Shown piece by piece: positions 43,457 to 52,846 of a stretch of 64,000 bases of DNA. The notes under the pieces are model-generated. The model saw only the letters and a list, made by a program, of their open reading frames with translations. It did no database searches and was not told where the DNA came from. This DNA is from Candidatus Delongbacteria bacterium (GTDB taxonomy: Bacteria; CAIWAD01). The stretch lies in contig JBAYTZ010000014.1 of the NCBI GenBank assembly GCA_041675285.1, forward strand, positions 22,891 through 86,890, written 5' to 3'. A program made the position numbers and the translations under genes. Position 1 is the stretch's first letter. Every line of letters begins with the position of its first letter.

Positions 43457-44620
43457 ATGGACGTGCTGGAACTCCAACACATCGGGCAAATCCAAAAAGC
43501 CCGAATCGAGTTTGGGGATCTCACCGTTTTGGTGGGTCCTCAAGCCACTGGCAAGAGCATAACACTACAGCTACTCAAGTTGTTGGTTGACATGCGCCAC
43601 GTTCAGGAAGACCTTCGTCGTCACGGCTTGGACTGGGGCGGCAAGCTGCCTGAGTTCCTTGACCTCATGCTTGGCGAAGGCATGCACTCCATCTGGTCTG
43701 AGAAGAGCACGATTCGCTGGCAGAACCGCGATGTGGACATGGTAGCGCGCGCCAAGCGTCGCATCAAGGCGCCTGAGCTTGGGCAAGGAGAGCAGATGTT
43801 CTTCATCCCAGCGCAACGAGTATTGACTCTGCGCGACGGCTGGCCGCGCCCCTTCACTGATTACTCCGCCGGTGATCCCTTCGCAGTGCGGGAGTTCAGC
43901 GAAAAGTTGCGCCTGCTGATGGAGCAGGAATTCGTTCAGGGTGATCAGCTCTTTCCACGCGCTAATCGGTTGAAACAAATCTATCGAGACGAGTTACGTG
44001 CTCACGTGTTCGCCGGGTTTGATTTGAAGGTGGACCGTTCCCGACCACAGAAGCGTATGGTTCTAGGTAATGCACATGGCGAACTCCCGTTTATGGTTTG
44101 GTCGGCGGGGCAACGAGAATTCATGCCGCTATTGCTCGGCCTCTATTGGTTGATGCCACCCGGGAGAATGGCAAAGCGGAAGTCCGTGGATTGGGTTGTT
44201 GTAGAAGAGCTTGAAATGGGGCTCCATCCGCGAGCTATCAGCCTGATGTTACTGCTGGTGCTGGAGTTGCTCTCACGCGGCTATAGAGTCTGTTTGTCGA
44301 CACACTCACCACAAGTCTTAGAAATGGTTTGGGCCTTGAATCACTTACGTGAGCAGAATTCCAGTGAGTCAAAGTTAGGCAGATTGTTTGACGTGCAAGC
44401 TGGCACTCAATTAAAGGCTGTTTTTCATGATACAATGAAGCGAGTGTTTAAGGTCTACTATTTCGAGCGTGATGGTGCAGTACGAAACATTTCTGGGCTT
44501 GATCCAGGTTCAACAGAGTCCTTTGTTGCAGGTTGGGGAGGCCTAACGGACTTCAGTGCAAGAGCCAATGAAGTTGTGGCATCTGCCGTGGCTGATGGGC
44601 TGCGGAGGCGCAAAGCATGA
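43457..44620 (+). CDS. ABC-type (AAA_15/AAA_21-like) ATPase of the OLD/abortive-infection type
   Basis: Walker A LVGPQATGKS. Distal D-loop/Walker B block DWVVVEELEMGLHP typical of the AAA_21 family. Start 2 nt after the upstream stop. Confidence 0.7.
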   Translation: MDVLELQHIGQIQKARIEFGDLTVLVGPQATGKSITLQLLKLLVDMRHVQEDLRRHGLDWGGKLPEFLDLMLGEGMHSIWSEKSTIRWQNRDVDMVARAKRRIKAPELGQGEQMFFIPAQRVLTLRDGWPRPFTDYSAGDPFAVREFSEKLRLLMEQEFVQGDQLFPRANRLKQIYRDELRAHVFAGFDLKVDRSRPQKRMVLGNAHGELPFMVWSAGQREFMPLLLGLYWLMPPGRMAKRKSVDWVVVEELEMGLHPRAISLMLLLVLELLSRGYRVCLSTHSPQVLEMVWALNHLREQNSSESKLGRLFDVQAGTQLKAVFHDTMKRVFKVYYFERDGAVRNISGLDPGSTESFVAGWGGLTDFSARANEVVASAVADGLRRRKA

Positions 44621-45072
44621 CTTTCACACAAGCAGTTGCAGCCTCACCTGACATTGCAAGCGCATATCAGCGAGGTTTAGGAGCATTGAAGGCTGTAGAT
44701 CGTGCTCATATTACGGTCAATAAGTCCACAAAACTCAAGGGAAGTGTTGATATTGATTCAACGTTGCAATCTAAGTGCCCAACTGAACACCGTTGGGATT
44801 ATGGGATTGGTAAGTCACAGGGTGGGAAGAAGGGTGATAAAGTCATCTGGGTTGAAATCCATCCAGCAAAAGACGGTGAAATCAATACGATGATGGACAA
44901 ATTGGCCTGGTTGAAGTCTTGGCTTCAGACATCCGCTACTGACTTGGATGCATTGTCGCGTGAATTCATATGGATATCAAGCGGAAAAACTACCATCACG
45001 CAAGGTAGCCCCGCAGCGAGAAAAATGGCCTTGGCTGGGTTGAGATTAGCGGGACATCATCTTCATCTTTGA
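44617..45072 (+). CDS. hypothetical small protein (151 aa) translationally coupled to the ATPase
   Basis: 4-nt ATGA overlap with the ATPase gene. No recognisable motif. Confidence 0.45.
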   Translation: MTFTQAVAASPDIASAYQRGLGALKAVDRAHITVNKSTKLKGSVDIDSTLQSKCPTEHRWDYGIGKSQGGKKGDKVIWVEIHPAKDGEINTMMDKLAWLKSWLQTSATDLDALSREFIWISSGKTTITQGSPAARKMALAGLRLAGHHLHL

Positions 45073-45281
45073 TGAATAGTGAGTAGCAAAGCGGATCAAA
45101 CCTGACCCGCTTCGCATAAGACGCCAGCTGACCATCAGGCCTGGGATTCCAGTGGAACCAATGTTTCCAGCCGTTCTGCCACCTACTCCACACTCTCCTA
45201 TAAGGCCTGCATCCGCCCCATCACTGTGGCCATCTGCGCTTGCAGCTCTGCGTCCTGTGTAGTTGTCGTGGGGTTGTTCTT

Positions 45282-45494
45282 TCAGCGGGTTAGGTTGGAA
45301 ATGAACTCGCCGTTCTCGTCGTAGACCTTGATGATGCAACGGCCAGAGCCGATGGGGTCGGGGACAACTGTGTAGGTCCAGCCTTCGGCCTCGCCCTTGC
45401 CCAGGTCGGTCGCGGCCTTCTCGGCTTCAGCTTCGGTGAGGAATACCCAGGTCGGGGCGTTGGTGAGGAGCAGCATGTTCATGGTCCCTTTCAT
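45282..45494 (-). CDS. hypothetical small protein
   Basis: ORF track. Part of the leftward small-gene module. Confidence 0.35.
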   Translation of the reverse strand: MKGTMNMLLLTNAPTWVFLTEAEAEKAATDLGKGEAEGWTYTVVPDPIGSGRCIIKVYDENGEFISNLTR

Positions 45495-45540
45495 AGGGCC
45501 AGAGCGGGTGTTCGAGCCGGCCCTGGCGCGCCGCTTGTTG

Positions 45541-45786
45541 TCAGGCAGCCGTCTCGTTACTGACCATCTCGGCGTTTGCAGCGGCGTCCTCGATGGCCTC
45601 TGCCAGTGCGGTGACTTGGGTGGTGATGTTGGCCAAGTCGTGCCGGAAGCGCTTGTCGGCGCCTAGCTGTGCCTCGGCCTGCGCCAGCGTTGCTCGCAGC
45701 GATTCAACCTGGGCGCTGGCGGTCCCAAGCAGGAAGAGGCCGTTCTCAAGGGGCTGGGCGGTTGTTGTCATCGTCTTGCGTGCCAT
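45541..45786 (-). CDS. hypothetical small protein (Ala-rich)
   Basis: ORF track. Confidence 0.35.
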   Translation of the reverse strand: MARKTMTTTAQPLENGLFLLGTASAQVESLRATLAQAEAQLGADKRFRHDLANITTQVTALAEAIEDAAANAEMVSNETAA

Positions 45787-45817
45787 GGTTGTCCCTCTAT
45801 GCGTTGTTGTCGGGAGT

Positions 45818-46036
45818 CTATTCAGCGGTTGGCAGAAAGAAGCTGCGGGGGCTTCTGATGGTGCGGCAGTGAATCCAGCGGGTGAAAGCCGCTACGTTCC
45901 GACGTTTCAGCTCAGTCGAGATGCTGATTGCCAGCTCGGTGTTTGATGGGTCGTTCATGGTGTATTCCCAGGTATCGATCAGCCAAGTCAGGCTCTGCGT
46001 CTTAAGGTTGTTTCCGGTGTTTGTCTCGTTCGTCAT
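45818..46036 (-). CDS. hypothetical small protein
   Basis: ORF track. Preceded on the minus strand by conserved promoter repeat copy 1. Confidence 0.4.
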   Translation of the reverse strand: MTNETNTGNNLKTQSLTWLIDTWEYTMNDPSNTELAISISTELKRRNVAAFTRWIHCRTIRSPRSFFLPTAE

Positions 46037-46048
46037 TGGTCTAACTCC

Positions 46049-46094
46049 CGTTTTGATGGGTATAATTACGCAGAGACACTTTTCATAAGCAAGT
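46049..46094 (-). promoter_or_regulatory. conserved ~45-bp promoter/operator repeat, copy 1 (plus-strand CGTTTTGATGGGTATAATTACGCAGAGACACTTTTCATAAGCAAGT)
   Basis: Three near-identical copies (46049, 47097, 48011), each immediately 5' of a minus-strand ORF. Minus-strand reading gives TTGACT/TTGCTT -N17-18- TAGTTA/TAATTA. Confidence 0.5.
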
Positions 46095-46345
46095 TAAAGG
46101 TGAGAAATATTTTGACTTATTTAAATAGCTGAGACAGTCAAGAGCTGACGGGATGCTGGTAAAGCAGAAGCGCTCCATCCGGGGCGCTTTCAGCAATTGG
46201 TTCTGTCACAGCTTTAGGGCGATGCGCCATGGGCTGCTTAGAACGACCGTTTTTATAGCGGCGATAGCTTGGCATGGGTCGATGCCTGCCGACACTTTTT
46301 AGCGACGGCGGCTTCCACGTTGTTCATGGGGTGGTACTTGGGAGT

Positions 46346-46684
46346 TTAGCTTTGGCTGCCGGTCATGTAGACGAGGCCGTACTTGTGCCGGAGACCCAGG
46401 CCTTGGGGCTTCAGGTGGCGCGCATCGAGCAGCATGCCGTCGTCGGTTGGCTTGGCTTCCGGCGTCCTGGTGACGGTCCAGTCGTTTTCCAGGTTCACTC
46501 CGCAGGCGATGTTGCCGGGTTGGTTCAGCCAGCGGCAGGCCTGCTCGACCATGTCGCACTCATGGGAGCTTGGGAAGCTGTGCAGGCCTCGGCCCAGGTG
46601 GATGGCGAAGTTGCTGGGGAAAACGTGGGCGGTGAAGTTGTGGGCGCCGGTGGCGGTGTAGGTGACCGTGTAGTTGGTAGTCAT
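46346..46684 (-). CDS. hypothetical protein
   Basis: ORF track. Confidence 0.35.
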   Translation of the reverse strand: MTTNYTVTYTATGAHNFTAHVFPSNFAIHLGRGLHSFPSSHECDMVEQACRWLNQPGNIACGVNLENDWTVTRTPEAKPTDDGMLLDARHLKPQGLGLRHKYGLVYMTGSQS

Positions 46685-46744
46685 GGGTTCGTTCCCTTGT
46701 TGGCCAGGGCTGGGCGCCTGGGCGACCCAGCCCCAGGTGGTTGC

Positions 46745-47059
46745 CTAGAAGCGGTCGCAGACGGCCCAGGCGGCCTTGCTGCCGTAACCGAGCTGGTTAC
46801 CTTCGATTAGGTAGATGATCTCGGGGTCGGTGCTGGGCTCCCTGCGCGGGCCGACCTCGTCGTCTTCCAGCTCGATGTCCAGCCCCATCAGGCGCTCGGC
46901 CTCTTGCTGGTCCTCGTCGTCGGTGATGGCGCTCTTGGTGGTGAGGCCAAGCAGGGAGTTTTCAAATGGCCAGCTCTGCTGGGTCATCAGGCGGACCTCA
47001 GCGTCCGGGTGTTCCTGGGCCAGTTCTTCCAGTCGGGCGATCAGGTCGGTGAGTAGCAT
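46745..47059 (-). CDS. hypothetical acidic protein
   Basis: ORF track. Preceded by promoter repeat copy 2. Confidence 0.4.
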   Translation of the reverse strand: MLLTDLIARLEELAQEHPDAEVRLMTQQSWPFENSLLGLTTKSAITDDEDQQEAERLMGLDIELEDDEVGPRREPSTDPEIIYLIEGNQLGYGSKAAWAVCDRF

Positions 47060-47096
47060 GTCCGTGTCTCCTGTTTTCCCGGCGGGTGTCTTGTCC

Positions 47097-47142
47097 GCCT
47101 TTTGTTGGGCATAACTACGCAGAGTGATACTCGTTAGTCAAG
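47097..47142 (-). promoter_or_regulatory. conserved ~45-bp promoter/operator repeat, copy 2
   Basis: CTTTTTGTTGGGCATAACTACGCAGAGTGATACTCGTTAGTCAAGT. Confidence 0.5.
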
Positions 47143-47289
47143 TAAAGATCGAGTAATAGTGGACTAAATAGTTGAGATAGTTTTATAGAAGTGAATTAAG
47201 AATAGATAAAGCATAAGGCGCTTTGAAGCGCCTTATGCAGCAATGAGTGTGACCTCCCAATCCGACTCCCTGTCCAGGGTCGTCGTTGG

Positions 47290-47562
47290 TCATGCCTCCT
47301 GACTGGGCGGGGCAGGCGGCAGTTTGGCTTCCAGGTTACTGGCCACCAGCTCCAGACTGCCCTTCAGCTCCTCCAGGCGGCCCATCACTGCGCCCATCTG
47401 TTGCTGCAACTCGGCGTCCTGCCCAAGCTGCAGGAATGCCTGCTGAAGGGCGACCTCCAGGCGAGTCACCCGCTTGCGCGCGCCGTCCAGATTTGTCTTG
47501 CCTTCCGCCAACTGCCCGGCCACAAAGGCCTTCACGTCCCAGTTCTGCTTTGCCATGATCAA
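47290..47562 (-). CDS. hypothetical coiled-coil protein
   Basis: ORF track. Confidence 0.35.
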   Translation of the reverse strand: MIMAKQNWDVKAFVAGQLAEGKTNLDGARKRVTRLEVALQQAFLQLGQDAELQQQMGAVMGRLEELKGSLELVASNLEAKLPPAPPSQEA

Positions 47563-47592
47563 ATCTCCCTGTTGATTGTGTGGTGATTCCGG

Positions 47593-48024
47593 TTACTTGC
47601 TGGCGCGGCCCAGCTCAAAGGCGGCGCGCAGGGCGTCCTTAAGCTGTAGGACGCTAACCTCTTGGAAATCGAGGGCGTCCATCCGGCGCTCCTTCAGCGT
47701 TTTGATCCCGAGGTGGACCTGGGCCAGGACCTCCATGCCGGCGTCAATCGTCGCGTCGTCGGCGCCAGGCTGGGCGGCGGCGGCCGGCGCCTGCCAGAGC
47801 TTTTGGGCGGCGGGGAAGCCGATCCACTCGCCGTTCGCTCCCAGGCCGCGGTTGGCCATCTCGTCGCGGGCAAGCTGGACCGTGTCCAGGGTGTCAGTTG
47901 CCATGAGCTGGATCAGGTTGGTTTTAAAGAGCTGCATGAAAGCGGCTTCGTCTTCGCCCAGCATGTTGATCAGGCCTTTGCGCGTCATCTTCGTCATGGG
48001 TCCATCTCCTCGTTTGGTGGGCAT
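47593..48024 (-). CDS. hypothetical protein
   Basis: ORF track. Preceded by promoter repeat copy 3. Confidence 0.4.
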   Translation of the reverse strand: MPTKRGDGPMTKMTRKGLINMLGEDEAAFMQLFKTNLIQLMATDTLDTVQLARDEMANRGLGANGEWIGFPAAQKLWQAPAAAAQPGADDATIDAGMEVLAQVHLGIKTLKERRMDALDFQEVSVLQLKDALRAAFELGRASK

Positions 48025-48055
48025 AACTACGCAGAGACACTTTTCTTAGTCAAGT
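48011..48055 (-). promoter_or_regulatory. conserved ~45-bp promoter/operator repeat, copy 3
   Basis: CGTTTGGTGGGCATAACTACGCAGAGACACTTTTCTTAGTCAAGT. Confidence 0.5.
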
Positions 48056-48175
48056 TGGTTTTGATAAATAGTCAGTAATTAAATTCTTCAAAAAGGTCTT
48101 TACGTGAGCACGACTTGAATCAAGAGAGGAAACGCCCCTTTCGGGGCGCTTTGGTCATGCTGATCAATTCCAAGG

Positions 48176-48625
48176 TCAAGTTCCGGGTGCCTGATCCCGC
48201 AGTTGCTCCAACTTTGTTTCCACCCATTCCGCCGGGTAGAGCAAGAGCAGCCACTCGCCAATCTGATTCAGGCACTGCAGGTAGGCACCACGGGCTCCGT
48301 ACTTGGACACGCTGCGCGTGATGACGTGGTTGTGGCCATTCACCTGCACGCGGCCTTCCCAGGCGTGGCGGACCCACACCTTCCCGGATCCCCGCACTTC
48401 CGTGCGCAGCGTGGGGTAGAGGTAGCGGCTGGTTTCGATACGAAGCTGCTCGGGGCTCTGCTGCAAGCCCAGTCGGACTTCCCGGCGCTGAGTGCGAAGC
48501 CGGCGCATGGCCAGGGCGGCAGGAGTTTGGCTATAGGGTTCTGCGCCCATGAGTTGCGATTCTGTGGACATCGTCATCTTTCTGTTTGATAGGGTTAAAG
48601 TCGTAAAAACACAAGGAATGATCAA
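48176..48625 (-). CDS. hypothetical protein
   Basis: ORF track. Immediately upstream (5') of the XerC-like recombinase gene's 3' end region. Start uncertain. Confidence 0.35.
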   Translation of the reverse strand: MIIPCVFTTLTLSNRKMTMSTESQLMGAEPYSQTPAALAMRRLRTQRREVRLGLQQSPEQLRIETSRYLYPTLRTEVRGSGKVWVRHAWEGRVQVNGHNHVITRSVSKYGARGAYLQCLNQIGEWLLLLYPAEWVETKLEQLRDQAPGT

Positions 48626-48750
48626 TAAGACCGAGTTGAACAGACATTGATCACTTCGTAAACCAACAAACCGCTCCTGTCAGGACTTCGAGTATACATC
48701 CTGTGAATGCCCCTCCAAACCTGCCACGGCTCCCGTTTGCCTCCCCATGA

Positions 48751-49599
48751 TCAGTTCCGCCTGCCCTCGATGGCGGCCCTAAGCTCCTCGTCGGCCACGT
48801 GGGCGTAGATGGCCGTGGTCTTGGGGCTTTCGTGGTCCAGGGCCAGTTGCACGAGGCGCAGGTTGCCCGTCTTCTTCAGCAGGCTGGTGGCAAAAGTGTG
48901 CCTCAGAACGTGTGGGTGGATTCCGCGAGAAATCCCGGCCAGGGCCACCCAGAAGTCCAGGAGCCGGCGGATGTGCCGGGTGCCGATGCCCTTCCCGGTC
49001 GTGCTGCGGAAAAGCGGAGCCTGCGCCGGCTGGCGCGCAACCAGCAGCTTCAGGATGTCCCGGGTTTCCACCGGCAGGAACCGGGTTCGCTGCTTGCCCC
49101 CCTTGGTGCTCACCCGAATCATCTTCTCGCTTAGTTCCACGTCGCCCACGGTCAGGGCGGCGGCCTCGGCCACACGCAGGCCTGTGTCCAAGAGCAGGCA
49201 GAAGAGAGCACGGTCCCTGGGCTGGCTGGTCACGTCTGAGCGTGTGCGTAGGGTTTTACGCAGCGCCTTCTCCTCGGCTTCGCTGAGGTAGTCGGGGGCG
49301 GCGGTATGAATGCGCGGCATGCGCATGGCGCCGACCTCAGCCGCCAGGGGGTGCTTGGCCCAGGTCAGGAACTGGTTGAGGACGGTCAACGCCCGTCGCT
49401 GAGTCAGGCTTGACCGCCCCTCTCGGACGAAGTACCGTGTGATCCGATCCATGGTCAGGGTTTTCAAGTCGGAGGACTGGCCATCCTCTTCCAGGGCTGT
49501 GGCCAGCCGGCGCAGTTCGGCCAAGTAGGGGACTCGCGTGCTGTAGGCCAGCTGCCTGGACTGGAGGTGCTCGTCGAAGCGCTGGAAGTGGGCGCGCAT
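48751..49599 (-). CDS. tyrosine recombinase/integrase (XerC/XerD-like, phage integrase family)
   Basis: C-terminal HVLRHTFATSLLKKTGNLRLVQLALDHESPKTTAIYAHV (H-x-x-R ... Y). N-terminal SAM-like core-binding domain. Start taken at MRAHFQRF (rc ATG 49597-49599). Confidence 0.8.
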   Translation of the reverse strand: MRAHFQRFDEHLQSRQLAYSTRVPYLAELRRLATALEEDGQSSDLKTLTMDRITRYFVREGRSSLTQRRALTVLNQFLTWAKHPLAAEVGAMRMPRIHTAAPDYLSEAEEKALRKTLRTRSDVTSQPRDRALFCLLLDTGLRVAEAAALTVGDVELSEKMIRVSTKGGKQRTRFLPVETRDILKLLVARQPAQAPLFRSTTGKGIGTRHIRRLLDFWVALAGISRGIHPHVLRHTFATSLLKKTGNLRLVQLALDHESPKTTAIYAHVADEELRAAIEGRRN

Positions 49600-49723
49600 G
49601 GGGTCTCCGTGGTTGGGTGGCGGCAAGGCGGGATCGCAAGGTCCCGCCCGCGCATGTCTCTGGACATGAGTCTGCACTAGTCGGGTCCGAAAGTCAAGTC
49701 TCAACCCATTGAGAGTAAACGAG

Positions 49724-51310
49724 ATGGGCATCAAGCCTCCGCGGCCAGCCAAGCTCTCCTCCGACGAGATGGCCTTTGCCCAGATCCTCTTGGATCCGGT
49801 CGCGTTCGCCGCGGCCTTTCTGACTCAGCTGGATGGAGAGACCGCCGGGCAGCCGATGGCGCTGTGGCCCCACCAGCAGGAGGACCTGCGTGAGCCAGAC
49901 CTGCAGGTGGTCCACCAGGACGGCCGGGCGGTGGGCAAGACCGTGGACATCGTGGTTCAGGTCCTTCACTACGGCGTGACCGCCCAGAACGGGCGCATGC
50001 TGGTGACGGCGCCCAACGACGGCCACGTGAACAAGGTCATCGAGGAGGTGGAGGCCCACCTTCAAAACAGCGAGTTCCTGCTGGAGATGGTGGCCATCGA
50101 CCAGAATGGCCGGCACCGGATCACGCGCAAGCCCTATTACCAGATGACCTGGAAGAACGGCACGATCATCTACTTCCGCCCCGCCGGCCCCACGGGCAAG
50201 AGCGTGCGCGGCCTCCACTGCGATCGCGTGCTGGTGGACGAGGCCGCCTGGTACCCAGAGCCTGCCTGGCGGGCCCTGCGCCGGGTCTTGAACCGCGGCG
50301 GCCAGATGCGCTGCTACTCGAACCCCAATGGCCTGCGCAACACGACGTATTACCGGATTACCCAGAAGGGCAGCGGCTGGCGGGTATTCCACTGGCCCAG
50401 TTGGATCGTGCCTGGCTGGACGGAGGACGACACCGAGCGGGAAGCCCGGTTCTACGGCGGCCGCGACACGGCAGGTTTCCAGCACGAGGTGGTGGGCGAC
50501 CACGGCGCGCCGAGCTATGCGGCCTTCAACATCCGCCAATTCCAGGCCTGCCAGCGCAAGCTGGAAAAGGCATATAAGGTGATCCGCCTGGACGGCGAGG
50601 AGTTCGAAGCTCTGCAGAGCGTGGACGAGGCCATCGACCGCATGTACGGCCTGCTCGACCAGCTCGAAGAGAATCGCGGCACCTACTGGCTGGGCGGCGA
50701 CCTCGGCTACACGAACGACCCCAGCGAGCTCACCGTCTGGCTGGACGACGAGCGCGGCCGCCTGGTGCCCGTTCTGCGCGTCCACAACGAGCGGCTGCCC
50801 TACACCTACCAGGCGGCGCTGATCGCCATCCTCGACGACCACTTCGACTTCGCCGGCCTTGGCCTTGACGCTGGCTCCAACGGCCTGGCCGTGGAGCACA
50901 TCCTCACCACCGAGGACCGCTACTCGGGCCACCAGTTCGCCTACCGCGTGGAGACCTACGACTTCGGCGGCACGCTGACCACGGGCTACGATCCCCAGGG
51001 GCGGCCCAAGAACCAGCGCACCAAGGAGTACATGACCAGCCTGATCAATGGGCGGCTGGCGGCGCGCACCATCCTTTTCCCCGCCGGCGACGCGGACCCG
51101 GACTGGGAGGACCAGTTCTGCACGCAGACCTACTCGCAGAACCAAGCGGGTCGACTGATCTATTCCAAGGGCAACGACCACATCATCGACAGCGCGCGCT
51201 GCGCAGCCCTGAGAAAGGAGCGCGAGCTCCTGAAGCAATTGGTGGACGACAACTCCTCCAGCGAGGCTGAATTCGTCATGCCGCTGGTCACCGACAACGT
51301 CTTCGTCTAG
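49724..51310 (+). CDS. terL: phage terminase large subunit
   Basis: P-loop GRAVGKT near the N-terminus. ~530 aa with an ATPase N-terminal half and a nuclease-like C-terminal half (acidic residues DGEEF...DLGYTNDPSE). Position directly upstream of the portal. Confidence 0.7.
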   Translation: MGIKPPRPAKLSSDEMAFAQILLDPVAFAAAFLTQLDGETAGQPMALWPHQQEDLREPDLQVVHQDGRAVGKTVDIVVQVLHYGVTAQNGRMLVTAPNDGHVNKVIEEVEAHLQNSEFLLEMVAIDQNGRHRITRKPYYQMTWKNGTIIYFRPAGPTGKSVRGLHCDRVLVDEAAWYPEPAWRALRRVLNRGGQMRCYSNPNGLRNTTYYRITQKGSGWRVFHWPSWIVPGWTEDDTEREARFYGGRDTAGFQHEVVGDHGAPSYAAFNIRQFQACQRKLEKAYKVIRLDGEEFEALQSVDEAIDRMYGLLDQLEENRGTYWLGGDLGYTNDPSELTVWLDDERGRLVPVLRVHNERLPYTYQAALIAILDDHFDFAGLGLDAGSNGLAVEHILTTEDRYSGHQFAYRVETYDFGGTLTTGYDPQGRPKNQRTKEYMTSLINGRLAARTILFPAGDADPDWEDQFCTQTYSQNQAGRLIYSKGNDHIIDSARCAALRKERELLKQLVDDNSSSEAEFVMPLVTDNVFV

Positions 51311-51319
51311 GAGGGCTCG

Positions 51320-52846
51320 ATGGGCTTGTTTGGCATCGGAACGCGTGCCCAGCTTGCGGCCGAAAGCGTCCACCACGTGGGAGGCGAGCTAGAGGCCCAG
51401 GCAGCCACGGTGGATCCGTTCGGCAGCGAGATGGCGGAGACGGGCATTCCCGCTGAGTGGCTGGATCGCGGCACGAAGGCATGGGAGTACTACCAGCAGG
51501 AGCCCATCGTCAACAACTGCATCAACGCCTGGCGCACGCTGGCCCTGGGCGAGGACTTCACGCTGATCGCCTCCAGCACCGAGCTGCAGAAGGACGTGGA
51601 CGCACTGAAGGAGCGGCTGGGCCTCAAGCGCTGGTTGAAGGACCAGCTCCTGCAACTGTTGACGAAGGGCGAGGCCGCGGCCTTCAAAGAGTACGGTGGC
51701 GAGAAGAAGGGCGAGACCGAGGACGGCCAGCCGCAGTACAAGGACTTCTCCCAGGTGAAGGCCCTGAACCCGCTCCTCCTGGACGTGGTCGTGGAGGACG
51801 GCAAGACGACCAAGGTGACGTCCTTCAAGCTGGATGCATCCAAGCAGCGCGTGGAGGTGGGTCCGGTCGCGATTGATCAGTTCCGGCGCTGGATGTGGGA
51901 CGCGCCTGGCTTCGCCGAGCACGGCACCAGCATGGTGCTACCAGCATTCGAGTCCATCGAGCTTCTGCGGGACTACCGGCGCGCCGAGCGCGCCATCGCC
52001 AAACGCTGGGCCATGCCCATCCGCCTAATCAAGGTGGGCGGGCAGTTCGGCAAGACTGTGGTGATGCCCAAGGCCTCAATGCTGAAGGACATCAAGAAGG
52101 TCTTTGACTCCATGAGCGCCCAACAGGGGGCGGTGGTGCCGTTCTACGTGACCATCGACACCTACGGCGCTGAGGGTGAGGCGTTGAAGGTCGAAGAGAA
52201 GGCCAAGGAGACCAAGGGCGACATCATCGTCGCCATGGGCTTCACACGGGCGTTGGTCAGTGGCGACGGGGCCAATTTCTCCACCGCCAGCCTGGGCTTC
52301 GCCAAGGTCCAGCTGATGCTCTCGGACATCCGCGACATGGCGCGCGAGATGCTGCGCTGGGTGCTGGACGACTACCTGGCCATGCGCGGGCAGGAGGGCG
52401 AGAGCGTCCACATCGCCTTCCAGGAGATCGACCTCTCCGCCGGCGCCGACCAGCGCAAGGTGCTGGTGGATCTCTACGACCGCGGGCTGATCAGCGTGCG
52501 CAGCCTGCAGGCGCTGATGGGCCTTTCGCCGGACATCGAGCACGCCCAGATCGGGCGCGAGACCAAGCAGGTGATCGCCCCGCTCTCACCGGGCGACATC
52601 GTGGGCCTGGCCCAGCAGGAGATGCTCAGCCTCGACCAGGTCTTCTACCTGCTCAACCTGGCGGAGCGGCTGAAGGGGGCGCCGGAGGCTGCGCCAGCGC
52701 CAGCGCCGCCTGAGAACGGCGCACCGCAGACCGGCGACGTGGCCGGCCTCTACCAGCAGGTGGACCAGCTCATCCGCGCCCGGGCCGTGCTGGTGGCCCG
52801 CGAACGCGTACGAGAGCTGGCCGCGGATTCCACGCCAACCGCCTGA
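51320..52846 (+). CDS. phage portal protein
   Basis: 508 aa. Located between terminase and MuF-like gene. Composition consistent with portal. Stop overlaps the next start. Confidence 0.55.
   Translation: MGLFGIGTRAQLAAESVHHVGGELEAQAATVDPFGSEMAETGIPAEWLDRGTKAWEYYQQEPIVNNCINAWRTLALGEDFTLIASSTELQKDVDALKERLGLKRWLKDQLLQLLTKGEAAAFKEYGGEKKGETEDGQPQYKDFSQVKALNPLLLDVVVEDGKTTKVTSFKLDASKQRVEVGPVAIDQFRRWMWDAPGFAEHGTSMVLPAFESIELLRDYRRAERAIAKRWAMPIRLIKVGGQFGKTVVMPKASMLKDIKKVFDSMSAQQGAVVPFYVTIDTYGAEGEALKVEEKAKETKGDIIVAMGFTRALVSGDGANFSTASLGFAKVQLMLSDIRDMAREMLRWVLDDYLAMRGQEGESVHIAFQEIDLSAGADQRKVLVDLYDRGLISVRSLQALMGLSPDIEHAQIGRETKQVIAPLSPGDIVGLAQQEMLSLDQVFYLLNLAERLKGAPEAAPAPAPPENGAPQTGDVAGLYQQVDQLIRARAVLVARERVRELAADSTPTA

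Noticed and set aside
43457-45072. Assigning the ATPase operon to PARIS, Septu or AbiL
   Set aside because: The downstream partner is only 151 aa and shows no DUF4435/TOPRIM or HNH motif. Domain-level evidence is insufficient to name a known system.
45882-48049. Plus-strand track ORFs 45882..46088 and 47576..48049, both ending ...ITTQRHFS
   Set aside because: Their shared C-terminus arises from reading through the conserved ~45-bp repeat. They are antisense to better minus-strand ORFs and look like repeat-derived artefacts, not genes.
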